64,000 nucleotides of DNA, taken from the NCBI GenBank assembly GCA_047967505.1, contig CM106538.1, one strand, 5' to 3'. This stretch comes from Dipteris shenzhenensis. Taxonomy: Eukaryota. Below are positions 1-10,837 of the stretch, one piece after another (within the stretch, counting starts at the first letter, position 1; each line of letters opens with the position of its first letter). The notes under the pieces are model-generated. The model made no database searches, had not been told where the DNA came from, and saw nothing but the letters and a program-made list of their open reading frames with translations. A program made the position numbers and the translations under genes.

Positions 1-840
1 GTCCCCTTGATTCACCCATCACCTCGTGTGAAGACAAAATAGAAAGTGCTTGGGGGGGGTCTCATTCCTTACCAAGTTTTCTTCTCCCTTTGAAACATAT
101 TTCTACCACTTAGAATCAAGAATAAAAGTTCACTTACCCTAACGAATGTCTCTCTCACTCTCCTCTTGTAAATGAACTCCTGTCTCAATATCACATATTA
201 TCCAAAACATTAATCAAGATTTTGCAAAGGAATGGAATAAGAAAGGTATCGTAGCCTCTTCAAAGGGATAGATTTTGTAGACTAAAATTTACACAAAAAT
301 TGTGATCTAGGTTTCTCTCATCTCAGTGAAATAAAAATCTACTTTCTCTCAAAATTACTCACACAAGTGGAATGGAAGAGCACTCTAAATCTAATAACCA
401 ATTAATACATCCTAGTGAACACATTTCTATACATAATATGTGCATGGCCTAGGGACCGTATGAATGGGATACCTCAATACCTCTGTGAAAACTTTGGTGA
501 CTCTCACTGTGAAAACTTTTTCACTTGGGGAAATCTTGTTTCAAGATCATTAGGGGAGAAATGGGGTCTCAAAAGGGCCTCGTAAGGAATGGATTAGGGG
601 CTCAGTTATGAAACTTAATCTCATCCTATGTGGAGGGGTCATAATGGAGGGTCAAGTGGTTTTGCTAAGCTGGAGGTGGTTTTACAAGAAATAAAGAGGG
701 AGGGGTCAAAAAAACATCTAACAAGTTCTAAAAATATGTAAGCAGTCAACCTATATGGATACATGATTGCTTGTTGGCTTGGTAGTAAGGGCCCATGGGT
801 GGGAGCTACATGGTCGCGGGTTCAAATCTTGTCAGGCGCC

Positions 841-1000
841 TTTATAATTTTGGAGGGTGGCGAGTTTGGTGGGCGCCCAAGGTGCAGCTGCCTATCCACA
901 TGGTAGGACCACGTGAGGCACGTTTATATTTTTGGAGGGTGGCGAGTTTGGTGGGCGCCCAAGGTGCAGCTGCTTGTCCACATGGTAGGACTGCGTGAGG
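841..1000. repeat. Tandem duplication, ~82-bp unit x2
   Basis: TGGAGGGTGGCGAGTTTGGTGGGCGCCCAAGGTGCAGCTGC...TCCACATGGTAGGAC starts at 851 and again at 933. Confidence 0.9.
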
Positions 1001-3240
1001 TGTGGCGTGCTCTCTGCCCACTGTACTCATGGGGGCTAGCCACTTGCAGCCCCCCTTTTTGACCTTTGGGGTATGCCATAAATGCACCCCTTCCCCACAT
1101 TTTGAATTTTGGGGACACATGGCAGCACACAGTTCTCCCTCCCCACTCTTGTGGTTTTCTTTCCCAAATCCATGGTATTCTTTCCCTCTTTTTCAAATTG
1201 AAACCACCTTTTTCAAATTGAAACCACCTATGACCTAAGCAGAGTAAATGCCACAAGCCACCTCAACATACCATTGCCCCACACCTTCGCTATGACGTGC
1301 ATATGTCATAAGCTCACATTAATGTCATCGGCTAAGTTCGCAAATCTTTCATGTATGCAGTTCCATCTTCAAGCCCTAAGACATTATGACTCCAAGTCTA
1401 GAGAAATCAACTGTATTCTTCTTCATCAAATTTATATTTGATCCAAGAGGACAACACCAATCTATGATTGAAACTCCACTTTGTTTAGATTTAAAACCCT
1501 TTAGTGTAACAATTGATTCCCACTCTCTGGGGTCCCACTAAAGATACTTTATGGGGACACCTCCATAGAGCCACAACCTCCATGAACCCGAAATATAAAG
1601 ACGAGGGATTGGATCTATATGTCAAGCAGAGTCCTTGCCCTATTCTACATAGCCTATGATCCTGTCAGGCTGAAATGGTGTGCCCAAAATAATATCATCT
1701 GATGAAATAGACAACTTGCCACTTGAATGAGGAAATAGGCAAACCCTTATTTTGACCCCAAGGGGTTAACAATTATGTGTTCTCAATTTCTTAAATATTT
1801 ACTATGTGTTCTCACTTATGCATATGGTTGAATCAAGAAACAATACAGTGAAGGATTTATGCATATGGTCCTATAGAATGTATTATGAGTGCTTTATTGA
1901 TCAAGTATCGCAATCAATAATTCGATAAACAAATACTATGGACAGTAAAACCAAGGAATAGAAAATAAATTCCAAGGAAAAAGCCAATCATGCGGCAAAC
2001 AATCAATGCTATAACAACTTTGCAGCTGTATGCCTCACCTTTTCTCCACCAAGTGCCCTTTACCAAGGGCGTGAGATTCTCCAAGAACATACTTTGAGAT
2101 ATCTCAACTTAGCTTTACTCAATTGGACATCAGTATGCCCTTGGTCATTGTTATGTCCATTTTTGACTAGCATTAGCCTTGTTATGATTGACCTTTGGTG
2201 GCTAGACTAACACTCATTTACTCTCCACTATCAACTTGGATGTGCCAGGTTACACAAACTGCTTGTGATTATTGACATGAATCATGATATGGATGATGCA
2301 TGTCCCTAGCTACTTGCAACAGTGACAAGTGATCATTCCCTCCTTGTCGGCTTGTGATCAATTATATATTTAGTCTTTTAAGCTTGCATGATCACTATGA
2401 AAAAAATTTATGTAACCTTATCAATGTGTGCAGTGTTACATTAGTATACTCATTGTTTTGTGTTGGTACCCAAAGAAATTCCCTTGACTTTTGAAAATGT
2501 TTATTCTACAAATTCTTTTATTGCAAGTATTTCCGACTTGAATCTCCATGCAAGTTGACAAATTATTGGGGTCTTGTGAGAGCTCCTATGAGCTCACAAC
2601 TCAATAATCTTAGCTCAAGAATTAAATCTTTAAGGATTAGTTATATGCTTAGAATAAGACACGCATACAAGCTCTTAAAGAGTGGGAGGCTGGATTGGCT
2701 CCTAGGCTGAAAGAGTATTTATCTCAATGATGAAACATGTGTAGGAGCTTTTAAGAGTATTAATCTATATTCTTGGAATGAGATGTTAGAAGCTCTTAAG
2801 AGTGAAGGCCATGATGCAACATGCAATCTCAAAAGCTCACTAGAATTATCAATATTCTTATAAGCTTATGAAATCTCTTGAAACTGGAAAGTAGATCTCT
2901 TGAAACCTACGCATACTTGAAGATAAGTTGAAGACTATGTAATGGAGGACAAGATTATTGGCTCTTTCCCATGGCTTTCGCAATAGGAAGAGTAGGGTAT
3001 ACTTAGTATGTAGGGTTCCGAGGCTTTTTGTTACCTACAGATATATCGGGGTTGTCGTTTGTAGTATACGTGTAGCTTAGGACCTCGAGTCGTATTCCGG
3101 TGAGAGACGTAGGCTTAAGTGTGGTAAGCAAACATAGTGCATGCATGTGTGAAAGGAACGTGCATCATCATGGTTGAGGTAATGAAGGCTTTTGCCTTCA
3201 TTAGGGGTTGCAAGGTTTATTAGGAGTTTAAGGGTCAGAG

Positions 3241-3336
3241 GGAGGTTCAGGGTTTAGAAGGAGGTTCCAAGGTTTACAAGGAGTTCCAGAGTTTAGAAGA
3301 GGTTCTAGAGTTTAGAAGGAGGATCCAAGGTTCAGG
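3241..3336. repeat. Degenerate minisatellite, ~19-20-bp unit x~5
   Basis: Repeats of GGAGGTTC(C)A(G/A)(G/A)GTTTAGAA. Confidence 0.75.
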
Positions 3337-3450
3337 GTAGAGTACATGGTGGAGAACTCGTCTCCCTCATAGATCATGGAGGTCAAGGGTTAAGGAACTA
3401 AGGATTTAGGGGGAGCATAGGAGTGGGAGAGGAAGAAGGTGTAAGAGCAT

Positions 3451-3592
3451 GGGGGGAAAGAAGATAGAGGAGAAGAGAGGAGGAGGAAGGAGGAGGAGGA
3501 GAAGGAGGAGGAGGGAAGAGGAGGAGGAGAAGGGAGGAGGAGGAGGAGGAGGAGGAGGAGAAGGAGGAGGAGGGAGGAGGAGAGGGAGAGGA
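3451..3592. repeat. Polypurine (GGA)n-rich low-complexity tract
   Basis: Long GGA/GA run; explains the poly-P/poly-L/poly-G ORFs in the track. Confidence 0.9.
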
Positions 3593-4047
3593 TGGGTTGC
3601 AAGGTTAGAGGACAGGGGAGGAGGTGTTGCAAGATTAGGACACGCTTTTGGATGTGGAGTGCAAGGAAGCATGGACACTTGAGACAATTTCTTGGAATAC
3701 CAAAGTAGAACTCAACACAATGCCCACACTCTCCCCAAAGAGTGTGGGCTTCATTCCATTATGGGGTATTTATACAAGTTGGAGAGCTTCTCTCTCTGCA
3801 TGTAGGAATTGTAAGACATTCTCTCTCTACATGTAGAACTTGCACATAGGAGTTGCATGTAGGAGTTGCAAGTTGCATGTAGGAGTTACATGTTGTATGT
3901 AGAACTCACATGTTGCATGTGAGAGAACATACTCCTGGATCCATTTTATTTCCCGTCCTCGGGTTATGGCTTATTGTGAGCATGTAGCTTGGTTGCCATG
4001 TGTGTAATTCAGTGGTTGTGGAACTTGTGTCATGCTAGTCGATCCTG

Positions 4048-4836
4048 CTATAAAGCCTTGGCACCATACAATTTTTTCTTAGTTTCCAGGTAGCTTGTAT
4101 CTACCATTTGTTCGAACAGAGATGCGTGGCGTGCTTCTAAGAAGATGAATCTTTGATAGAGTCGGCTTGTAATCTGAGAATTGATCCGTTCATTGGGATT
4201 GAAAGTGAGTGGAGGCAAATGGCTATTGAGGTGACATGGGACCTCTAGAATGTATTCCAATGTTTTGCATAAGATAGCACTTAGGCAAAGGAAGTGATCA
4301 ATGTTTCCGCGCATTATTTGCTCATGTTGCTGAAGTGCTCGGATCATTGTGCCTTGGATATTCCATTCTACACCAGAGTATGGTTCGATCATTGGCCAAT
4401 TAATGGTGTGATCTTCATCCAAAGTGTGTATGTTGGCTTCCCATCTTTGACGTCATGGAACTGCATAGAACTTGGGATGGGTTCTGAGACATGGAGGTGC
4501 ATGTAGGTTCTCTTTCAAGAAGATTACATCAAAGAGCTTGGGACGGCACCAATCAGGTTGTGGATCCAACTTACTTATCCAATCTTCACTAATTTGACGC
4601 TGATGAAGGTTGGTAGGGAAGTTTTCTAGGGTGACCCATTCCCCTCGAGTTTTCATTTCAGGATATTTGCTCCAAAATTCCTTAATGGGGTTACTGGGAA
4701 GTGGTATCTCATCAAAATCATACCCATCATTGGAATTTGGCATGGGAGTATGAATTGGATTATCTGGATCCTGATATTCAAAATCAAATACTGTGTCTTT
4801 TTTGCTGATGGCAGCACAAGTAGTGTCGGAGGTGAT
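4048..4836 (-). pseudogene. Degenerate ORF of unknown product, interrupted at its 5' side by the LTR insertion
   Basis: ORFs 4453-4743 and 4048-4422 are in the same frame, separated by one TGA. The frame stays open up to the TSD at 4832-4836. No recognisable domain. Confidence 0.4.
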
Positions 4837-5125
4837 TGTTGGGATATCTCAAGGTGTATGCCTCAGGCACACCTTATGTTTCTATGTGTGAGTACTAGAG
4901 GCACAGTTAGGTGCCCACAAGCACAGTTAGGTGGTGGAAGAGCCACATAGGATGATTGAGAGAATCTAGGAGCAGATTGAGGAGATGATTATGGAGCTCT
5001 GAGGTCATCAGTGATGTCAGTGAGCTTGTATGAGGTGCCTACTTAAGGACCTCACTTTTCTTCATTCTATAAGCAAGTATTCTGATTTTGTGTCCATTCT
5101 ACTCTTTCCTTTCAGTATTCCAACA
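4837..5125 (+). repeat. 5' LTR, family A copy 1
   Basis: TGTTGGGATATC...TATTCCAACA, direct repeat of 7193-7481. Confidence 0.95.
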
Positions 5126-5137
5126 CGGTATCAGAGC
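5126..5137 (+). promoter_or_regulatory. Primer binding site (tRNA-iMet type)
   Basis: CGGTATCAGAGC right after the LTR; one mismatch to the canonical TGGTATCAGAGC found in copy 2. Confidence 0.9.
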
Positions 5138-5983
5138 CCTTTGATCCCCCTTGAGCCCATTTCTGCCACATCATCTTCTTCTTCTTCATCTTCTTCTTCC
5201 CCATCTTCCTCCTTCTTCCCAAAATCTTAGAGAGCTTGGTTCTCCGCCTACAAACAACCATTGCCCAAACCCTCTGAGCTGGAAACTCCTCTAGTATGGG
5301 CGAACTTCCACCTGCAAGCAATTGAAAAAAAAAACGTCTGTGGTGGCTGCCATTCTCCAAACAGCGAATTTCTTCTGTTGCTCAATACTCTCTGCCTGCT
5401 CCGCCATTGCCTGAGCCCTCTTAGGAGTAGATGGGTGACCTCAAGACGAAGATTTTGAGCCATTTTTCAGGTCATTTGGTTTAGTAACGAGGGAGAAATC
5501 GTCAAAACTCAGTTTCAGCCTGTAGCAACTCTCCCAGGCAAAAGTGTGCACCATTTCGTCCAACCTCTGTGTTGGACCTTCTTTGGTATATGAGCTTTCT
5601 TTTGCTTCAGAAAGCCCTCTTTTCCTTGCTTTGAAGAGTGAGCTACAAGCCCTCCAAGTTCAGCTTTTCAGTTTTGACAGTTTTGGACAAGTTTTTGAAG
5701 ATGATGCTACATAAAATGCTACTCTAGCATTTCTGGTTTTTTGAAGCTTTCAATAACTTCAGTACAAGTGTGGATTCAGTTTTGTTTTGACTTGCTAGAC
5801 TTGGTTTTGATTGGAAAGTGTTTATTTCACCCACTTCTATGAAGCATGTAAGAAGAAGCATCATTGTTTGAAATCTAGTCACTACTATTTGCTACATCAA
5901 GTGCTCATATTTTGGAAGTCTTTCAGTTATTTTTGCTTTGTAAGAGAGATAGACACTGCCCAATATCTGGGTTAGACCCTCTC

Positions 5984-6814
5984 ATGGCTACCATATTTAA
6001 TCTTGAGAAGTTCAATGGAAAGGTCTTCCATACATGGCAAATGAAGGTGAAATTTGCATTGATGTGGGAGAACTTATGGGGACTTGTCAAACCTACTCCT
6101 ACCGCTTCTTCTACAGCCTCCAATGCTGGAGAATCCTCAACACCGACACAACCGGCAAGGGATCCAGCTAGAGAAGAAAAAGCATATGGTATAATTGCTC
6201 TTGCTCTAGGTGATGATTATATACACCATATCTCTGACTTGGAGTCTCCTTCGGAAGCTTGGCAGAAGCTAGACATGATTTTTGGTGCAAGCTCTCACAT
6301 CTCTAAACTATCACTTAAAATCTCTTTCTTTGAATTAAAGATGGCAAGTAATACTACTTTAGCTGCTCATGTCAACTATATGCGGAGTCTTATGACTCAA
6401 TTAGCTTCTATCAACTCTCCTATCACCCCTGATGATGCTATGGCAGTGTTACTTAAGAGTATGCCTGAAAGTTTTGATCACATTGTTAGCACTTTGAAGA
6501 ATCTTCCCAATCCTAACCTTGAAGGCATTATCTCTGCTCTCCAAGAAGAAGAAAGGCATATGGAGCTAAGGAAAGGCAATGACACTGCTTATGCTGTAAA
6601 AGTCAAGAAGGGCAAGTATACTCCTTGCAATCACTGTGGAAAGACAAATCACCTTTCAAAGGACTGCTTCAAAGTTAATCCATGCAAGCACTGTGGCAAG
6701 AACAACCATCATGAGAAGTTTTGCAGAGCCAAAGCAAAGACAGAAAATGCAAATCTACTTACAGTTAATGAGCCTCCACAAGATGAGGCATCCTTTGAAG
6801 ATTATGCATTTTAA
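5984..6814 (+). CDS. gag: Copia-type Gag, 276 aa, intact, with two CCHC zinc knuckles
   Basis: Copia Gag motifs KFNGK.FHTWQMKVK..L...NLWGLV, AWQKLD.IFG and LLKSMPESFD. Knuckles CNHCGKTNHLSKDC and CKHCGKNNHHEKFC. First ATG at 5984; TAA at 6812-6814; no protease follows. Confidence 0.93.
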   Translation: MATIFNLEKFNGKVFHTWQMKVKFALMWENLWGLVKPTPTASSTASNAGESSTPTQPARDPAREEKAYGIIALALGDDYIHHISDLESPSEAWQKLDMIFGASSHISKLSLKISFFELKMASNTTLAAHVNYMRSLMTQLASINSPITPDDAMAVLLKSMPESFDHIVSTLKNLPNPNLEGIISALQEEERHMELRKGNDTAYAVKVKKGKYTPCNHCGKTNHLSKDCFKVNPCKHCGKNNHHEKFCRAKAKTENANLLTVNEPPQDEASFEDYAF

Positions 6815-7192
6815 ACACATCTCTATGTATGCTCCAGATCTCTCTTTTTATGTCAAGGTACTCAGCCTGGATAGTCCTCCAAAATGAATGAAAATAAACT
6901 ATTGTGTTTTGTGTGTTTTGTAAACACCTCTGGTCACCTTATGATGTAGGCCATGTGTATGTTTTGTTCCATGGTACCTCCTACAGACATTGTGTGCATG
7001 TACATGCAGGGGAGATAACCATTGGAAAGCCTTTTTGTATCCCTTTTGTTTAAACCTTACACCCAAGGGAACCCTTGCTAGCATGAGAACCTAGCCATAG
7101 ATTTATCCTTGACCACCATGAGATGGAATGAGAAACTATGAGACTAGATGTATCCTTGACATAGCCTGAGGCATTTCCTTGAGGGGGGGTTT

Positions 7193-7481
7193 TGTTGGGA
7201 TATCTCAAGGTGTATGCCTCAGGCACACCTTATGTTTCTATGTGTGAGTGCTAGAGGCACAGTTAGGTGCCCACAAGCACAGTTAGGTGGTGAAAGAGCC
7301 ACATAGGATGATTGAGAGAATCTAGGAGCAGATTGAGGAGATGATTGTGGAGCTCTGAGGTCATCAGTGATGTCAGTGAGCTTGTATGAGGTGCCTACTT
7401 AAGGACCTCACTTTTCTTCATTCTATAAGCAAGTATTCTGATTTTGTGTCCACTCTACTCTTTCCTTTCAGTATTCCAACA
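7193..7481 (+). repeat. 3' LTR, family A copy 1
   Basis: Preceded by PPT GAGGGGGGG; followed by TSD GTGAT. Confidence 0.95.
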
Positions 7482-8097
7482 GTGATGACATAGCAGGGAG
7501 AGAATCTGGGGACATGGGGGAGAAATATGGAAGAGTATTAGTTGTGGAAGGGGGAGCAGAGGGGAGGGGGGAAGGATTGGGCAAATGGTTTGAGAAGCTT
7601 GGTAATCCTCGAGGGTAGGATTAGCAAGGGGAGGGAAGAAGCTAGGTGTGAGGGGCTTGTAAGTTTGTGACTGTTGGGTTAGTTGAAAATGGTGAGAGGC
7701 ATGAGCAAAGAGACGATGAAGGGAATAGATGTTAGGATGAAGCTCAGGGAAGGTTAAGAGGGTGGTAGCTGGAAGAGTTGAGTCTTTGGGTAGTTTTTGA
7801 CTATAACAATGGAGTGGTGATTCTCAATGCTTTCAACTTCTTTTGCTATGCAAATGATGAGGAGTACAATATCTTGAAGCTATTATGTGCATTTCCAATT
7901 GTGACAAGGGTAATTCTTGAATGCATGTATACACGATGTTTTCATGGTGCTGGTTGGTCACTTATTTTTGAAGATTTTGTTGAGGATCACATTGTGGAGG
8001 GTTTTCAACAAGTGGTTATGCACAATAAGTTGGTCTTGGTATACTAAAGCTCTGTGGGATCTTGTTTGGATCTTGGTGTTTCCTTTTTGTGTTTCAT

Positions 8098-10426
8098 CAT
8101 GGTGAAGATTGCAATGTTTCAAGGGACCCAAGGGGAAGACCCGGAGTCTTATCTTTGGGATTTGGTTCGAGGATGCCGGCTTTCTGATGGTCCATGAAGG
8201 ATCGAGCAAAGATTTTGCCTGATTTTCTTGAAGGTGTAGCCTTGAGTTGGCATGAGGCCTTACTAAACTCTACCAAGGAGGACTGGGACCAAGTGGTGGT
8301 TGCAATGAAGTAGAGATTTGGGGAAGTAGAGTCGCCAAATGCTTTGATGTTGCAGTTGGACTAGTTCTATCAAGGAGAGGGTGAGATGTGGCAATCCGAT
8401 ATGAAACTTTATGGACAAAGCATGAAAGGGCAGCTTTGCGAGCTATGGCATTTGCATCATTGGCCCCTCAAAGTCTCGTAGGGATGGAGCGCTTAAAGAT
8501 GAGCAAATTTGTTATGGCTTTGGATCCTCGTCTTTACTCAAAAGTGATGAGTAAAGATCCAACAACATACATGGAGGCACTTCGCATTGCGACCAAGAAA
8601 GAAGCTTCTCTAAAGATCGAATCCTCTTTTGTGTCTTCAATAGCTTCAACTTCTAAGGTGGAGGTAATGGCACTCCTCAGGTACCAAAGCCTCTAAGTTA
8701 GATCATAATATCTCCCAATTTATGGCAGAGTTTGCTGATTTGAAATTGCATTTGATTAATGCATGACAACCTAGAGCACCAAAGAGTGAGGATAGTCCTT
8801 GAGATAAGAGTGGGGTCACTTGCCTATGAATGTAATGAAAAATGTCACTATCGCCCCGAGTGTCCTAGATTGAGAAAGAAAGAAGAAAAACAAGTATCCT
8901 TGTTAGAAGCTTCTTTAGGGGATGAGGAAAGAGAGGTAATGATGGCTAAATAGGGGCGTGGTAAAACAAAAGAAGAAGAAGAAAGCAAGGTAGAAGTAGA
9001 TGAGGAGCATCAGGAAGAGGAACACTATAGTAAGAAAAAGAAGGCATCTAGAAGGAGAATTAGCCACTCAGACTTTCCTTTAGGACAAGGCATTGGAAGC
9101 TATGACTTGTTGTCCGATGTTAAAGAAAAGGAAGTTCATATCACCTTTGGTCATTTACTTGCTTTGTCTCCAAAACTATGAAAGGAATGGTGAAAGCTAG
9201 CAAGCACAAGAGTGTCAAAGAAGAAAAGTGCCATTCCTGTTGTTCAAAAGGTAGATATAGATGTTGGTGATGACGTACCTATGGTTAATGTGATCATTAA
9301 TGGTTAAGTGATTTCTAATGTGTACATTGATGGAGGTGCATTGATTAATGTCATGATCGAGAAGACCATGATAGATGCTGGTTTAAAATACTCTAATACT
9401 ACCTCTCCTTATCACATCAAATTGGCTAACAACACTAGGGTAAAGACCTTGGGAGTTGTGAAGAATCTAGAACTGGATGTATGTGGAATTTCTGTGCGGA
9501 CTACTTTTCAGGTGATCCCTATCAAGCCAGATGCACGTGCAAGGTGAAGGCTATTCAAAAGTGGGATACTGGAGAATTGATTTTGCAGGGAAACAATAAG
9601 AAGGTGCACTGTAACATCAAAAGTCCCAAAAAGGAAGTTGTCAAGGAGGAGTCTTCAACATCAAAGAGTTCAAGCTCTGACTTAATCGATGAAGAAGAAG
9701 AGACAGGGTGTAGCTCTGAGGAATCCAGCTCTGAGGGTGAGGTGGAAGGAGTGGCCTTTGGTCTTTGTCTTAGTGCTGATCGGGATGAGTCAGGAGGGAA
9801 CAAGGTGGTGGTACAAGAAGATCCTATAGAGACACTTCATGTGGAGGATGTGGAGCACACTAAACGATGCCAATGCAATGAAGAGCTTCTTGATGATTCT
9901 CTATCAAGTAGTGAGAAGCTCCAATACTTGGATATGTTGGATGATTTTCCATGTCTCTTTGGAACAAGCTATTCATAGGTTCAACCAGTCTCTCTTGTGG
10001 AGCACAAGATTGAGTAAAAGCTAGAAAGCAAGCGAGTTGTGCAACGCTTAAGGAAATTGGGGGTGATCCAAGCTGAGGCACTAAAGAAAGAGCTAACACA
10101 ACTATTTGAGGTGGGATTCATCTTTCGTGCTAATGATTTAGAATGGATATCTCCTGTAGTTGTCACACCAAAGAAAGGAAATAAGTGGCAGGTTTGTGTG
10201 GACTTTTGCACTAAGAGGGATCATTTTCCTTTGCCATTCCAAGATGAAATACTAGACCAAGTAGCAGGGCATGAGATGTATTTTGTGTGTGATGGGTATT
10301 CTGGGTACTTTCAAATTCTTATTCGGGAGGAAGATCAAAAGAAAACATCATTTGTCACACCTTGGGGAGTTTTTGCTTACAGAGTGATGCCTTTTGGGTT
10401 GACCAATGCACCAGCTATATTTCAAA
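8098..10426 (+). pseudogene. Degenerate Ty3/Gypsy gag-protease-RT (5' part)
   Basis: Gag-like FQGTQGEDP; knuckle-like YECNEKCHYRPEC; protease VYIDGGALINVM; RT WISPVVVTPKKGNKWQVCVDF, DHFPLPFQDEILD, DGYSGYFQI and MPFGLTNAPAIFQ. Many stops and frameshifts. Confidence 0.9.
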
Positions 10427-10489
10427 CACTACTACACACGCATCCTATTGCGACGTTTACGTACCGACGTTTAGCGCCCGCTTAGCGCT

Positions 10490-10665
10490 AATCGTCGCTA
10501 TAAAAATCGGGTTTCGTAAATCGTCGCTATATAGCGACTTTTGCCAAAAGTCGCTATATAGCGACTTTCTTATGTCGCTATATAGCGACTCTTGAACATC
10601 GCTATATAGCGACATTCCTAAAAGTCGCTATATAGCGACACTGAGACAAAATATTATAGCGACGT
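10490..10665. repeat. Left subterminal repeat cluster, palindrome GTCGCTATATAGCGAC
   Basis: About five full copies plus partial copies. Confidence 0.92.
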
Positions 10666-10837
10666 TTTTACAGAGAGGTTTTTTTTTTTTTTTAGGCCTT
10701 AAAATTTAGTTTTTTCCAATGACAAAATTTTTTAAATTTTCATACATGTTTGAGCTCATAGAGAATAAAAAAATGAGAGCATGTACACCAAGCCTTTGAA
10801 GCTCATATATTCATGTCCAAGTTTGAGATGAGAAAAA

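Larger units (their letters stand above)
4837..7481 (+). mobile_element. Gag-only (TR-GAG-like) Copia-type LTR element, family A copy 1, 2645 bp
   Basis: 289-bp LTRs at 4837-5125 and 7193-7481 (TG...CA, ~4 transition differences); TSD GTGAT at 4832-4836 and 7482-7486; PBS 5126-5137; PPT 7181-7189; single gag ORF, no pol. Confidence 0.95.

Noticed and set aside
1380-1720. Possible LINE RT remnant on the minus strand (SSDDIIL, PIKYL)
   Set aside because: Motifs are weak and not in the expected order.
3390-3687. Poly-Pro/Leu/Gly ORFs
   Set aside because: Artefact of the (GGA)n tract.
6815-7010. Idea that copy 2 derives from a spliced RNA of copy 1
   Set aside because: The deletion boundaries are not GT...AG; the acceptor-like TGCAG is retained in copy 2.
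10490-10665. CRISPR-like look of spaced palindromic repeats
   Set aside because: Spacers are only ~8-10 bp, there are no cas genes, the context is eukaryotic, and the repeats sit at CACTA ends.
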